64,000 nt of DNA from Myxococcota bacterium (GCA_041687695.1 JAWLBL010000022.1:64001-128000), one strand, 5' to 3'. Counted from the stretch's first letter, positions 47,694-59,291 are shown. Numbers and translations are program-made. Notes: generated by a model from the sequence alone, not told the origin.

Positions 47694-48955
47694 GGAGACT
47701 CCTCGGACGCGGCGGACGCGTCGTCGGCGGCGGCGGGGGCCGCGGCGGCGGGGGTGTCGTCGGCGGGGACCTCGGTCGCCGGCTGGGGGGCCTCGGCCGC
47801 CGCCGCCGGCGCGGAGGCGTCCGGCCGCTCGATGGGGTTGCCGTCGCGCAGGAAGTGGACGCCGCGGGTGACGACCTGCTCGCCCGGGGTGAGCCCGTCG
47901 ACGATCTCGATCTGGCCGCCCGAGCGGCCGCCGACGGTGACCTCGCGCCGCTTGGCGACCGCGCCGTCGGCCACGAAGGCGACCGCCTTGCGCGTGCGCT
48001 CGGTCTCGCCGGTGAACAGCACCGCCTCGGCGGGGACCAGGGTGACGTCGGCGCGCCGCTCGAGCTCGATGACCACCCGCACCGCGCTGCCGGCGACCAG
48101 CCGGCCGTCGGCGTTGTCGAGGTCGACCTCGATGAAGCCGGTGCGGGTCATGCGGTCGACCACCGGCGCCCGGCGCGAGACCTGGGCCTCGACCACGTGC
48201 TCGGGCATCCCCAGCGCCGAGAGGCTGACCTTCATGCCCGGCTGGATGCGCAGGAAGGTGCGCTCGGGCACGCGGACCATCGCCTTGAGCACGTTGGCGC
48301 GCACCAGGGTCATCATCGGGGCGCCGACGCCCACGAAGTCGCCCGCCTTGACCGCCAGGTTGGCCACGGTGCCGCCGATGGGCGCGCGGATCTCGGAGCG
48401 CGAGCGCTGCCCGCTGGCGCTGGAGACCGTCGCCTGCAGCTGGCGGATCTGCGCGTCGGCGGCGCGGATCTGGCCCTCGAGGTTCTCGACCTGCGCGCCG
48501 GTCGACGCGCCGATGTCGACCAGGGCCTTGGTGCGCTTCAGGTTGTCGGCCAGCACCGCCCGGTTGGCGCGGGCGGCGGCGAGCCCCGCCTGGGCCTGCC
48601 GGACCGCGTCGTTCAGCAGGTCGGCGCGCACGGTCGCCAGCAGCTGGCCCTGCTCGACCCGGTCGCCCTGCTCGACCTCGAGGGTGACGAGGCGGTCGGC
48701 CACCTGGGAGAAGACGCGGACCTCGTCGGCGCCCTCGAGGTCGCCGACCAGCTCGGCGCGGTCGACCACGTCGCCGCGGACGACGTCGGCCACCAGGACC
48801 TTGCGGGTCGGCACGTCTTGCTTGGGGGCGTCCGCCTCGGGGGCGGGGGCGGCCTCGGAGCCCGGGGGGGCGGCCTGGCTCTGGCAGCCGGACAGCGGCG
48901 CGGCGGCGCCACCGAGCAGCAGCGAGAGCGCGAGCAGGCGGTGGGGAGCGTTCAT
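47690..48955 (-). CDS. RND periplasmic adaptor (membrane fusion protein)
   Basis: Lipobox LSGC; VEQGDRVEQGQLL, IRAPIGG, VPAEAV, VTVG..IVDGL.PGEQVV. Confidence 0.92.
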   Translation of the reverse strand: MNAPHRLLALSLLLGGAAAPLSGCQSQAAPPGSEAAPAPEADAPKQDVPTRKVLVADVVRGDVVDRAELVGDLEGADEVRVFSQVADRLVTLEVEQGDRVEQGQLLATVRADLLNDAVRQAQAGLAAARANRAVLADNLKRTKALVDIGASTGAQVENLEGQIRAADAQIRQLQATVSSASGQRSRSEIRAPIGGTVANLAVKAGDFVGVGAPMMTLVRANVLKAMVRVPERTFLRIQPGMKVSLSALGMPEHVVEAQVSRRAPVVDRMTRTGFIEVDLDNADGRLVAGSAVRVVIELERRADVTLVPAEAVLFTGETERTRKAVAFVADGAVAKRREVTVGGRSGGQIEIVDGLTPGEQVVTRGVHFLRDGNPIERPDASAPAAAAEAPQPATEVPADDTPAAAAPAAADDASAASEESP

Positions 48956-48975
48956 CAGGTGTTCCTTCGCGGCGG

Positions 48976-50361
48976 CTAGCGGGTGAGCAGCCCGGCGGCG
49001 CGGGCGATCTGGATCTGGGCGAGGTCGGCCTGCAGGGCCTCGTTGATGGCGGACAGCTCGGCCCCGGCGAGGGCGGCGTTGGCGTCGATGACTTCGAGGT
49101 AGGTCGCGGCCTGCAGCTCGAAGCTGGCCTGGACCAGGCGGGCGTTCTCGCGGGCGAGCGCGAGCTGCTCGTCGGCCTTGACCGCGTTGGCGCGGGCGCT
49201 GGCCAGATCGAGCAGGGCGCGGCGCAGCTCGTCGCGGGCCCGGGCCTCGGCAGCGGCGAGGTTGGCGCGGGACTCGCTCAACCGGGCGGCGGACTCGCGC
49301 AGCTCGGCCTCGCGCAGGCCGCCGTCGAAGAGGTTCCAGGACAGGGCGACGCCCAGGTTCCAGAAGCCGTACTCGCCGGTGAAGCCCGAGGTGTTGCTGA
49401 GGTTGTAGTTGCCGACCAGCAGCACGTTGGGCAGGTACCCCTTGCGGGCCGACTCGCGCTGCGTCTCGGCGATCTCGACCTGCACGCGCGCGGCCTCGAG
49501 GTCGGGGCGCTCCTCCATGGCGCTGCGCTCGAGCGCCTGCGCCTCGCTGGGCACGAAGGGCGGCGCGGTCGGGCGGGTCACGTCGAAGTCGGGCGGGCGG
49601 TTCATCAAGGTCGCGAGCGCGCTGATGGCGCCCGCGTAGGCGTTGTCGGTGCGCTCCAGCTCCTGCTCGGCCTTGACCCGCTCGATGCGGGCGCGCAGCT
49701 CGGCCATCTTCGGCGCGTTGCCGCTGGCGACCTGCTTGGCGGCGGCCTCCTCGTGGGCGCGGTAGGTCTCGAGCAGGCGCGCTTGCACCTGCCGCGCCTC
49801 GCGCAGACTGGCCGCCGAGTAGTACAGCTGGGCCGTCGCCATCAGGATCTCGCGCTTGGCGGCCTCGTGGCCCAGGCGCGCCGCCGTCTCGGCGAGGTGG
49901 GCGGTGCGGACGGCCGGGAACACGGCCGGCAGGAACAGGCCCTGGGTCACCTGCAGCTGCGCGCCGAGCTGGTGCTGCTCCTGGATGGCGGTCTCGGCGA
50001 TGCCGGTCGGGACCATCACCAGGTTGGTCGGCTGGCCCGGCGGGTTGCCGATGTCCGGAGGTTTGCTGGGGTCGAAGGGCTGGCTGGTCGGGATCCCGAC
50101 GTCGCGGATGGTGTAGCCGGTCGGCATGCCGAACTTGGCGTCCACCGAGTTGAAGGTGTACTGGGCGCCCAGCGTGACCTGCGGCAGGTAGGCCGAGCGC
50201 GCCTTGGCGACCAGCTCGCGCGACTGGTCGATGCGCGACTGGGCGGCGGCCAGATCGAGGTTGTTCCGGGCGGCCTGGGTCATCGCCTCGTCGAGGGTCA
50301 GGACCGGGGCGCCGAGGGCGGCGGAGCCGGTGAGGGCCGCCGCCACGAGGGCGGTGAGCAT
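48976..50361 (-). CDS. TolC-family outer membrane efflux protein
   Basis: LTLDEAM..ARNNLDL, YLPQV, RPDLEAA, WNLFDGG, ATYLEVIDA. Confidence 0.92.
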   Translation of the reverse strand: MLTALVAAALTGSAALGAPVLTLDEAMTQAARNNLDLAAAQSRIDQSRELVAKARSAYLPQVTLGAQYTFNSVDAKFGMPTGYTIRDVGIPTSQPFDPSKPPDIGNPPGQPTNLVMVPTGIAETAIQEQHQLGAQLQVTQGLFLPAVFPAVRTAHLAETAARLGHEAAKREILMATAQLYYSAASLREARQVQARLLETYRAHEEAAAKQVASGNAPKMAELRARIERVKAEQELERTDNAYAGAISALATLMNRPPDFDVTRPTAPPFVPSEAQALERSAMEERPDLEAARVQVEIAETQRESARKGYLPNVLLVGNYNLSNTSGFTGEYGFWNLGVALSWNLFDGGLREAELRESAARLSESRANLAAAEARARDELRRALLDLASARANAVKADEQLALARENARLVQASFELQAATYLEVIDANAALAGAELSAINEALQADLAQIQIARAAGLLTR

Positions 50362-50433
50362 CTAGGGGATCTCCTGGGGAGCGGACGGCGTGGGGGGGAT
50401 GGAGGCCGTCGCGGGGGAGGGAGGGGCGGCGGG

Positions 50434-50895
50434 TCAGGCGTCGCGCGCCTTGAGCCGCGTGAGCACCTTGTCGAGCATGCGGAACAGGGCCACGCGGTCC
50501 TCGGGGTCGATGAGCTCGAGGAAGTGACGGAGCTTGCCCTTGACCTGGACGTCGAGGTCCTCGGCCAGGGCCTGGCCGGCCTCGGTGAGCCGCACGTGGA
50601 CGACCCGCCGGTCGGCGGCGTCGCGGTCGCGGAAGAGGTGGCCGGCCCGCTCGAGCCGGTCGACGACGCCCGTGACGCTCTTCTCGCTGACGTCGATGCG
50701 CTGGGCGAGCTGCCCCATGGTCAGCGGCTGGTCCAGCCGCAGCCACAGGAGCGCGTGCATCTGCGGCGCCGTGAGGCCGGCGGCCTCGAGCGCGCTGCCC
50801 AGCGGGTCGCGCAGGGGCGCGTTGCGGCCCAGCTCCTCGAGGAGGCCGGTGAAGGTCGTGAGGTCGTCGTCCAGGTCGTCGATAGTCCCAAACAT
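50434..50895 (-). CDS. MarR-family transcriptional regulator
   Basis: LTAPQMHAL, VTGVVDRLE..G..RD..DRRVVHVRLTEAG; heads the efflux operon. Confidence 0.92.
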   Translation of the reverse strand: MFGTIDDLDDDLTTFTGLLEELGRNAPLRDPLGSALEAAGLTAPQMHALLWLRLDQPLTMGQLAQRIDVSEKSVTGVVDRLERAGHLFRDRDAADRRVVHVRLTEAGQALAEDLDVQVKGKLRHFLELIDPEDRVALFRMLDKVLTRLKARDA

Positions 50896-51061
50896 GGAGT
50901 ATCTCCTAAGTGGGTATTCTGTGGGTGTCAAAGGAAAAGTGATCTCGCGCACGTCCGGTCACCCCGCGCGGGCGGCCGTGGCCAGTTCCACGGTCGGGGC
51001 GGCTCGTGGTACGAAGCGGCCCACGAACCGCTGACCGCTCCCGACCCCAGTGAGGCTCTCC

Positions 51062-51973
<912 letters not shown>

Positions 51974-52083
51974 GGCCGGGTCGAAGCTGGCCCTCGCGAC
52001 CTCGACGGGCCGAGCCATTCAGAGATGGCCCTTGCGGCTGGCGCGAAGGAGGGTGGCTATTCACTTTTCGCGCTTACGGCGGC

Positions 52084-52288
52084 TGCGAAGGCGACGCGTC
52101 AACCCGACCTCGCCTTCGCCAGCCTTGCGAAGGCGACGGGTAGACCCGACCTCGCCTTGGCCAGCCTTGCGAAGGCGTCGAGCGAACCCGACCTCGTCTT
52201 CGCGAGCCTTGCGAAGGCGACGGGTAAACCCAACCTCGCCTTCGCGAGCCTTGCGAAGGCGACGAGTAAACCCAACATCGCGTTCGCA
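52084..52288. repeat. Tandem array 3: 42-bp palindromic repeat (4 full units + partial), related to arrays 1 and 2
   Basis: Consensus TGCGAAGGCGACGGGTAAACCCGACCTCGCCTTCGCGAGCCT; units at 52084, 52126, 52168, 52210, 52252; between convergent genes. Confidence 0.93.
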
Positions 52289-52312
52289 TCAGCGTTCATG
52301 CGGTCCTGAGGC

Positions 52313-55300
52313 CTACTCGACCCGCAGGGTGTAGGGACCGGCCGCGTCGGCGTCGTGGTCGTGGCCGTCGACGATGACGAAGACCTGCTGGCCCGCCATG
52401 AGGGGCAGCTCGAGGGTCTCCCAGAGCTGCCCGTCCGAGGCGCCCAGGCAGCTGGTCGCGACGGCCGCGCAGTCGCCCACGACGTACAGGGCCGCGTCGA
52501 AGCCGTCGGGCAGGACCGAGACCCGGTAGTCGCCGTCGGCCGGGGCGGTCAGGCGCCAGACCTGCTCGCTCGAGCCCAGGCCCTTGGCGACGAAGGGGCC
52601 GCAGTCGCCCTCGCCGAAGCCGTAGTGGTTCAGCGCCTGGCGCGTGTCGCCGCCGGCCTGGAAGGGCAGGGCGCCCACCTCGAAGGGCAGGGCGCAGGTG
52701 TTGCCCGGGACGGTCTGCGGATCGAGGCAGCTGCCGTCCGCCTGGCAGACGTCGGCCGGGGCGGCGCACTGGCCGCAGACGCCGCCGCAGCCGTCGGGGC
52801 CGCAGGCCTTGCCGTCGCACTGGGGGACGCAGGTCGGCACCACCTGGAAGGTGTAGGCGCCCGCGGCGCCGGTGAGGCCGCCGGTGTCGCCGTCGACCAC
52901 GAAGTGCACCGTCTCGCCGTCCTGCAGGGTCAGGTCGAGGCGCAGCGGGTCCCCGGCCGGGTCGGCGGCGTCCAGGCAGATCGGCTCGGCCGCGGCGCAG
53001 TCGTCGATGGCGTACAGGGCGGCGCCCCACCCGGCGCCCAGCACGCGGGCCGTGTAGTCGCCCGCCGCCGGGGCGGTGAAGCGGTAGACCACGTCCTTGG
53101 AGGCGGCGCCGACCGGGGCCTGCCCGCAGGTGCCGGTGAAGAAGGGGTCCGAGGTGGCGGTCGTGCCCTTGTGCTCGAAGGGCAGCTTGGAGACGGCGAT
53201 GGCCGCCTGGCAGCCGTAACCGGGCTGGGCGACGCACTGGCCGCCGCCGCAGGCCTGGCCGTAACCGCAGGCGCCGCAGCTGCCGCCGCACCCGTCGGAG
53301 CCGCAGACCTTGCCGTCGCAGCTGGGGGTGCAGGTGGCGATCTTCAGCGTGTGGGTGCCGGCGCCCTCGGCCACCAGCACCAGCGGCTCGCCGGCCTCGA
53401 GCGGGACCCACAGCGACTTGGCGGCCTGGTTGGCGCCGACCGTCAGGCCGCCCTCGCAGGTGCCGGCCAGATCGCCGCAGTCGGCGGCGACGTACAGCGC
53501 GCCGCTGGTGGTCGACCCGTAGGTGACCTGGTAGAGCGCGTCGGCCGGGGCGGTCAGCAGGTAGACCGAGTCGGCCGCGCCCGCGCCCGTGGCGCTCGAC
53601 AGTCCCGGGCAGGCGCCGGCCGGGGCGGCGTGGTCGTCGAAGCGGCCGGCGTTCGAGGCGGTGACCTGGAAGGGCAGCGCGTCGATCAGGACGGGGTCGG
53701 CGCAGCGGTCGCCCTGGTCCACGGCCTGGCAGGCGGCGGTCGCCTCGCACAGGCTGGGCAGCGGAAAGCAGGTGGTCTCGGTGACGCAGCGCTGGTCGGC
53801 CTGGCAGGCGCCGCAGGACCCGCCGCAGCCGTCGTCGCCGCAGGCCTTGCCCGCGCAGTCGGGCACGCAGGCGTCGACGGTCAGGGTGTAGGCCCCCTGG
53901 GCGTTACTGACGTTGGCGGTGCCGTCGACGACCGCGAAGACGGTCTGGCCGGCCTCGAGCGGCAGCACCAGCCGGTCGTTGCCGCTGAAGACGCGGCTGG
54001 CGCCCAGGCAGCCGGCGGCCAGATCGCCGCAGTCGGTGGTGACGTAGAGCAGGCTGTCGAAGCTGGCGCCCAGGGTGAAGGTGAAGGCGCCCGCGCTGGG
54101 CGCGGTGAAGGCGTAGACGCCGTCGGCCGAGCCGAGGCCGGTCTGGAAGGTCACCCCCGGGCAGGTCGAGGGCTGCAGGCCGTAGTCGCCCGCCCAGCCG
54201 AGGGTGTCGCCGGTGGCGACGAAGGGCAGGGCGCCCACCGGCAGCGCGTCGGCGCAGGTGTCGCCCGCGGCGGTGGCGAGGCACTGGCCCTCGGGGCTGC
54301 AGACCTGGCCGGCGCCGCAGGACCCGCAGGAGCCGCAGCCGAAGTCGCCGCACTCGCGGTCGCCGCAGGCCTGGACCTGGCAGACGCGGGTGACCTCGAG
54401 GGTGAAGCGGCCGCGGGTCGCCGGGATGGCCGGCGAGGCGTCGACCACCACGTGGTAGGTCTGTCCCGCGAGCAGATCGACCTCGAGCGTGCCCGCGGCG
54501 GCCGCGAGGCAGGCCTGGGCGCCCCCGCCGCAGCCGGTGACGACCGACAGGAGGTCGGGGCCGACGGGGACCGCCTCGTAGTCGTCGGGGTCGGGGTCGG
54601 GCCAGGTGAGTTCGAACCGGTAGCGGCCGTCGACGTCGGGGGTCAGGCGCCAGGCGACGTCGCGGCGGCCGGCGCCGCTGGCGGGGGCCGAGGGACAGCC
54701 GGCGGTGGTGAAGGCGTCGGTGGCCAGGGTGGTGTCGGCGGTGACGAAGGCCGGCAGGGCGTCGGGCGCGATGGGGTCGCCCTCGCAGGCGTCGCCGGCG
54801 GCGGCCGGGGCGAAGACGGGGTAGGGGGCGCCGTAGCCGATGACCGGGGGCTGCTGGTCCGCCAGCGACGCGAAGAAGCCGCGCCACAGGGCGCGTGCCT
54901 CGGGGTGGGTCGAGGCGACGAAGTGGCTCCCGCCCTGCCACTGCTTGAGGCCGCCGGTGACCGGCCCGGCGGCGGTCGGGACGTTGAGGCTGACCGGCAG
55001 GGCTTGTGGGGCCAGGCCGCGCAGGGCGTGGGCCTCGCTCTCCTTGGCGACGCCCCCGATGAGCGGCAGGCCGGCGGCGGCGGCCATGGCGTCGGTGCCG
55101 ACGGCCGGGGAGGCGTCGTCGAGGGTGCCCTCGGTCACGAACATGTGCTTGGGCGGGCCGGAGGCGGGCGCGAGCCAGTAGGGGGCGTAGTTGATGGGGT
55201 CGGTGGCGTCGACCAGCATCTGGATGAGGGACATGGTGGGGTGGAAGGTGTCGAGGTCGGCCTCGGTCACGCCGAGCAGCAGCGCGACCAGGGCCTCGAA

Positions 55301-56878
55301 GTCGAGCGGGTCCTTGCGGCGCAGGATGGTCTCGACCAGGACGCCAGCGCCGCCCGAGAGCAGGCCGGCCGTGACCCGCGGGTCGATGGCCAGGGCGAGC
55401 GAGCCGGACAGGGCGCCGTGGGAGTGGCCGTAGAAGGTGATGCGGTCGGGGTCGAGGCGCAGCTCGACGCCGCTGACCGTGTCGCCGGGCGCCAGATCGA
55501 AGCCGCCGGCGGCGATCATGCGGGTCAGGTTGAAGGTGTCGATGGCGGCCTGGCGGAAGCCGGTGCGGCCGGCGGGCGGGTTGAGGAAGTTGAAGCTGAA
55601 GGTCTCGAGCTCGCCGTCGGACAGGCCCTCGCCGCGGCTGCCGTGCAGGGGCTGGTCGATGCAGACGACGGCGTGGCCGAGGGCGAGCAGGACCGAGGCG
55701 GTCGAGCGGCAGGACTGGTAGTCGCCGGTGGTGCCGTGGGCGTAGGTGACGACGGGCCAGCCGGCCGGGGGCATCGCGCGGTCGCGCGGGAAGAGGAGGA
55801 GGAAGCGCAGGGTCTCGTCGAGCTGCGGGACGGGCTGGCCGTCGTCGCCGAAGACCAGGCCGCCGCCGGTCTCGGCGTAGGGCTTGTCGCCCTGCTGGAA
55901 GTTGGGGGCGACGTAGGTGCCCTGCAGCTCGCCCCAGACGGTGGGCTCGGCGACGTAGGTCAGCTGCGGGGGCGCCTGGGTGTCCAGGAAGGCCGAGACG
56001 GCGCGCAGCTCGCCGGTGGCGCGCTGGGTGGTGAAGCAGGTGGCGGCGGCCAGATCGGCGCGGGCGAAGGGGCTGCTGGGCAGCCAGTGGCGCAGCGGGG
56101 CCAGGGCGGGGTCGTCGGCCAGGGCCTGGGCGAAGGCGGGGGCCGGCTGCAGGTAGCGGCCCTGGGTGTCCTGGACGGCGCGGGTCAGGACGGCGCACCA
56201 GACGTCGCCCTCGGACAGCGGCCAGCCGTAGACGGGGCGCAGGGCCAGGGTGGGGCCCAGGTAGTAGGGGTCGCCGGCGCCGTCGCGCTGCTGGAAGACC
56301 AGCGGGACGCGCTGCTGGTAGCGGGCGCTGGTGGGGGTGACGTTGACCAGCTGGACCAGGGCGTCCTCGGCCATGGCGGCCTCGGGCGAGGGCAGGGTCG
56401 CGTCGTCGAGGGGGCCGTCGAGTTGGAAGTAGACGGCGCCGTTGAGGCCGAAGCCGTCGAGGACCTGCATGCCGTGGGCGATGTAGGTCACCAGCAGGTC
56501 GGTGCCGTTGGGGTTGGGGGCGTTGGACAGGTCGATGGCGCCGCTGGGGGAGCGGTAGCGGTCGCTGGGCCAGGGGGTGGCGGTCCAGTCGTCCGAGTCC
56601 GGGTCGAAGCGAGGCGTGACGCCGGGGGAGGTCGCGTCGTAGTCGATGCCCAGGCCGGGGCCCTCGACAGGGCCGGCGTCCACCTCGGCGGCGTCGGCGT
56701 CCGGGTCGGCGTCCGGGACGGCGGCGTCCCGATCGGCGTCGGGGTCGGCGGCGTCCGGGGCGTCGGCGTCGGCCTCGACGTCCGGCGTGTCCGCGTCGGC
56801 CGCGACCTCCGCGTCGCCGCAGCCGATGGCCGCGAGCCAAAGCGCCAGAGAAAGGCCCAACCAGAGTCGCGCGAGCAT
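52313..56878 (-). CDS. Large lipoprotein: alpha/beta-hydrolase (lipase-like) domain fused to Cys-rich and PPC-like beta-sandwich repeats
   Basis: Lipobox AAIGC; WPSD, YAHG, IDQPLHGSR, YGHSHG nucleophile elbow; repeated GDTC...LPF..D.VY.FTAP..G.Y and CGDDGCGGSCGAC. Confidence 0.85.
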   Translation of the reverse strand: MLARLWLGLSLALWLAAIGCGDAEVAADADTPDVEADADAPDAADPDADRDAAVPDADPDADAAEVDAGPVEGPGLGIDYDATSPGVTPRFDPDSDDWTATPWPSDRYRSPSGAIDLSNAPNPNGTDLLVTYIAHGMQVLDGFGLNGAVYFQLDGPLDDATLPSPEAAMAEDALVQLVNVTPTSARYQQRVPLVFQQRDGAGDPYYLGPTLALRPVYGWPLSEGDVWCAVLTRAVQDTQGRYLQPAPAFAQALADDPALAPLRHWLPSSPFARADLAAATCFTTQRATGELRAVSAFLDTQAPPQLTYVAEPTVWGELQGTYVAPNFQQGDKPYAETGGGLVFGDDGQPVPQLDETLRFLLLFPRDRAMPPAGWPVVTYAHGTTGDYQSCRSTASVLLALGHAVVCIDQPLHGSRGEGLSDGELETFSFNFLNPPAGRTGFRQAAIDTFNLTRMIAAGGFDLAPGDTVSGVELRLDPDRITFYGHSHGALSGSLALAIDPRVTAGLLSGGAGVLVETILRRKDPLDFEALVALLLGVTEADLDTFHPTMSLIQMLVDATDPINYAPYWLAPASGPPKHMFVTEGTLDDASPAVGTDAMAAAAGLPLIGGVAKESEAHALRGLAPQALPVSLNVPTAAGPVTGGLKQWQGGSHFVASTHPEARALWRGFFASLADQQPPVIGYGAPYPVFAPAAAGDACEGDPIAPDALPAFVTADTTLATDAFTTAGCPSAPASGAGRRDVAWRLTPDVDGRYRFELTWPDPDPDDYEAVPVGPDLLSVVTGCGGGAQACLAAAAGTLEVDLLAGQTYHVVVDASPAIPATRGRFTLEVTRVCQVQACGDRECGDFGCGSCGSCGAGQVCSPEGQCLATAAGDTCADALPVGALPFVATGDTLGWAGDYGLQPSTCPGVTFQTGLGSADGVYAFTAPSAGAFTFTLGASFDSLLYVTTDCGDLAAGCLGASRVFSGNDRLVLPLEAGQTVFAVVDGTANVSNAQGAYTLTVDACVPDCAGKACGDDGCGGSCGACQADQRCVTETTCFPLPSLCEATAACQAVDQGDRCADPVLIDALPFQVTASNAGRFDDHAAPAGACPGLSSATGAGAADSVYLLTAPADALYQVTYGSTTSGALYVAADCGDLAGTCEGGLTVGANQAAKSLWVPLEAGEPLVLVAEGAGTHTLKIATCTPSCDGKVCGSDGCGGSCGACGYGQACGGGQCVAQPGYGCQAAIAVSKLPFEHKGTTATSDPFFTGTCGQAPVGAASKDVVYRFTAPAAGDYTARVLGAGWGAALYAIDDCAAAEPICLDAADPAGDPLRLDLTLQDGETVHFVVDGDTGGLTGAAGAYTFQVVPTCVPQCDGKACGPDGCGGVCGQCAAPADVCQADGSCLDPQTVPGNTCALPFEVGALPFQAGGDTRQALNHYGFGEGDCGPFVAKGLGSSEQVWRLTAPADGDYRVSVLPDGFDAALYVVGDCAAVATSCLGASDGQLWETLELPLMAGQQVFVIVDGHDHDADAAGPYTLRVE

Positions 56879-57023
56879 AGTGTCCCCCCTGCGGCGAGGC
56901 AGGCGGTATAGCGCGGCGGCTCGGGTCACGACAACCGCTCGCCGCGCGCCCCGCGACGCGGTAGCCTGCGCCATCGTCCCCCGACGAACCCCCGCCACAC
57001 CCTCCGCCCCCACTTTCGGCCTG

Positions 57024-58481
57024 ATGACGCGCCCGATGAGCTTTCGCGCCCTCATCCTGCTCGCCACGTCCCTGCTCGCGCTCGCCGCGATCGGGTCGGC
57101 GGTGATCCTCGTGTCGCTGAGCACGGTCCTGCACTCGGCCGCGACGCGCATGGGCACCTCGGTCGAGAGCGTCAGCGTGGCCTACCAGGCGCTGGTCGAT
57201 CTGCTGGACCACCGCCGGCTGGGCAACCGCATCGACGACTACGGTCCGCTGCCGGAGCTGGTCCAGCAGCGCGCCGCGGCCGAGCAGCACCTGCGGGAGA
57301 CGCTCGAGCGGGCGCGCGCCTACGCGACCGTGCCCGTCGAGCACCTGCTCGTCGTGCTCGCCCAGGTCGAGGTCCAGGAGTACCTCGACGCGCCCGAGGG
57401 CCAGGTGTTCGTCCCGATGGGCGACGCCATCCAGGCCCTGTCGAGCCTGAGAACCCTGAACGTGCGCGAGGCCGAGGTGGCCCAGCGGGACATCGAGCGC
57501 CTCGACGGCCTGCTGCGTCGGCTGGTCGTCCTGGCGGCCGTGCTGCTGGTCGCCGGCGCCGTGGGGATGGGCGTCTGGCTGCGGGTGTCGGTCCTGGGCC
57601 CCGTCGCCCGCATGGCGCGGGTCACGCGAGGATACGCCGCCGGGGACGCCTCGACGCGGGTGTCGGTCGAGGGGCACCACGAGTTCCGCGACATGGCGCG
57701 GGCCTTCAACGAGCTGGCCGAGGAGCTGGAGCGGCAACGCGAGGCGCGCGCCACCATCCTGGCGGGGGTCGCCCACGATCTGCGCAACCCGCTGACGGCG
57801 CTGACCCTGAGCCTGTACGGGGTGCGCGACGAGCGCCCGCTGCCGCCCGAGCCGCAGCTGCGGGCGCTGGTGGCGCGGGTGCGGGCGCAGGCCGGGCGGC
57901 TCGAGCGCATGGTCGGCGATCTGGTCGACGCCGCCCTGCTCGAGGCGGGCGAGCTGCAGCTGCAGCTGCGGCCGGTCGATCTCGCCGAGGTGGCCCGCGA
58001 GGCGGTCGACCTCTACCAGCCGACGACCGACGGGCCGATGACGCTCGAGGTCGCCGCCGGGCCGGACGGCGACGGCGAGGCCCTTTGCGTGATGGGCGAT
58101 CCGCTGCGTCTGTCGCAGGTGCTCAACAACCTGGTCAGCAACGCCATCAAGTACTCCGAGCCGGCCTCGCCCGTGCGCCTGTCGGTGGCGCGCGCGGGGG
58201 ACGAGGTGCGCCTGAGCGTGGCCGACGAGGGCATCGGAATGACCGCCGAGGAGGTCGAGCGGCTCTTCGTGCCGTTCCGCCGCACCGACGACGCCCGCCT
58301 GCACGCGCGGGGGACCGGCCTCGGGCTGTCGGTGGCCGCCGCCATCGTGCGCGGACACGGCGGCCGCATCGAGGTCCAGAGCGAGCCGGCGCGCGGGTCG
58401 ACCTTCACGGTGATCCTGCCGGCGGCGGAGACCGTGGCGGAGCGGCGGCCGCCCCAGGAATCCGTAGAGGGGCCGGCGTAG
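57024..58481 (+). CDS. Membrane sensor histidine kinase (2 TM, HAMP, HisKA, HATPase)
   Basis: EFRDMARAFNELA, VAHDLRNPL, NLVSNAIKYS, DEGIG, GTGLGL. Confidence 0.92.
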   Translation: MTRPMSFRALILLATSLLALAAIGSAVILVSLSTVLHSAATRMGTSVESVSVAYQALVDLLDHRRLGNRIDDYGPLPELVQQRAAAEQHLRETLERARAYATVPVEHLLVVLAQVEVQEYLDAPEGQVFVPMGDAIQALSSLRTLNVREAEVAQRDIERLDGLLRRLVVLAAVLLVAGAVGMGVWLRVSVLGPVARMARVTRGYAAGDASTRVSVEGHHEFRDMARAFNELAEELERQREARATILAGVAHDLRNPLTALTLSLYGVRDERPLPPEPQLRALVARVRAQAGRLERMVGDLVDAALLEAGELQLQLRPVDLAEVAREAVDLYQPTTDGPMTLEVAAGPDGDGEALCVMGDPLRLSQVLNNLVSNAIKYSEPASPVRLSVARAGDEVRLSVADEGIGMTAEEVERLFVPFRRTDDARLHARGTGLGLSVAAAIVRGHGGRIEVQSEPARGSTFTVILPAAETVAERRPPQESVEGPA

Positions 58482-58493
58482 TTCTGCTGGGCC

Positions 58494-59291
58494 ATGAGCG
58501 CCTCGCGACCGCCGTTGAGCAGCCTCGCCCGCTGGGCCCGACCGGACGCCGGCCCGGTCCCTGCGGAGGTCGAGGCGGCGCTGCGGCAGGATCCGCGCGC
58601 CGGGGCGCAGGCCATCCTGGCGGCCATCGAGGCGCGCCGGCGCAAGCGCCGCGCCGAGGGGCAGCGGCTGAGGTGGATGCTGCGGCACGAGCGGCCGCTG
58701 TGGGAGGCCGGGCTGCGGCACGTCGCGGGCGTCGACGAGGCCGGGATGGCGCCGCTGGCCGGGCCGGTGTTCGCCGCGGCGGTGATCCTGGCGCCCGGGA
58801 CGCGGCTGCCCGAGGTGGACGACTCGAAGAAGCTGGCGCCCGAGGTGCGCGAGCGCCTGGCGGAGGTCATCCGGCGCGAGGCGCTGGGTTGGGCGGTCGG
58901 GGTGGCGACCGTCGAGGACATCGACGCGCTGAACATCTACTACGCGGGGCTGCTGGCGATGCGGCGGGCGGTCGAGGCGCTGCCAGTCGCGCCCGAAGCC
59001 CTGCTGCTGGACGCGCGGCGGCTGCCGGAGCTGGCGATCCCCCAACACAAGATCGTCCATGGGGACGCGCTGAGCCTGTCCATCGCGGCGGCGTCCATCC
59101 TGGCCAAGACCGCGCGCGACGCCTTCATGGTGGCGCTGGACGCGCGGCACCCGGGGTACGGGTTCGCGCGCCACAAGGGCTATCCGGTGCCCGCGCACCG
59201 GGCCGCGCTGGCGCGCCTGGGGCCGTGCGTGGCCCACAGGCGCGCGTTCGTCACGCGAACGGAGACCGACGACTACTTGGCCGAGCCGTAA
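58494..59291 (+). CDS. rnhB: Ribonuclease HII with N-terminal extension
   Basis: [49 protein letters not shown]. Confidence 0.95.
   Translation: MSASRPPLSSLARWARPDAGPVPAEVEAALRQDPRAGAQAILAAIEARRRKRRAEGQRLRWMLRHERPLWEAGLRHVAGVDEAGMAPLAGPVFAAAVILAPGTRLPEVDDSKKLAPEVRERLAEVIRREALGWAVGVATVEDIDALNIYYAGLLAMRRAVEALPVAPEALLLDARRLPELAIPQHKIVHGDALSLSIAAASILAKTARDAFMVALDARHPGYGFARHKGYPVPAHRAALARLGPCVAHRRAFVTRTETDDYLAEP

Noticed and set aside
50903..50931. sigma70 promoter for marR (exact TTGACA on minus strand at 50926-50931)
   Set aside because: The hexamer at 17-bp spacing is TAGGAG, a poor -10 that overlaps the likely RBS; too ambiguous to call.
52025..52334. 14-aa repeat ORFs over array 3 (e.g. LAFASLAKAT repeats)
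   Set aside because: Open in several frames on both strands because the unit is 42 bp and palindromic; the core is shared with the non-triplet arrays, so non-coding is more likely.
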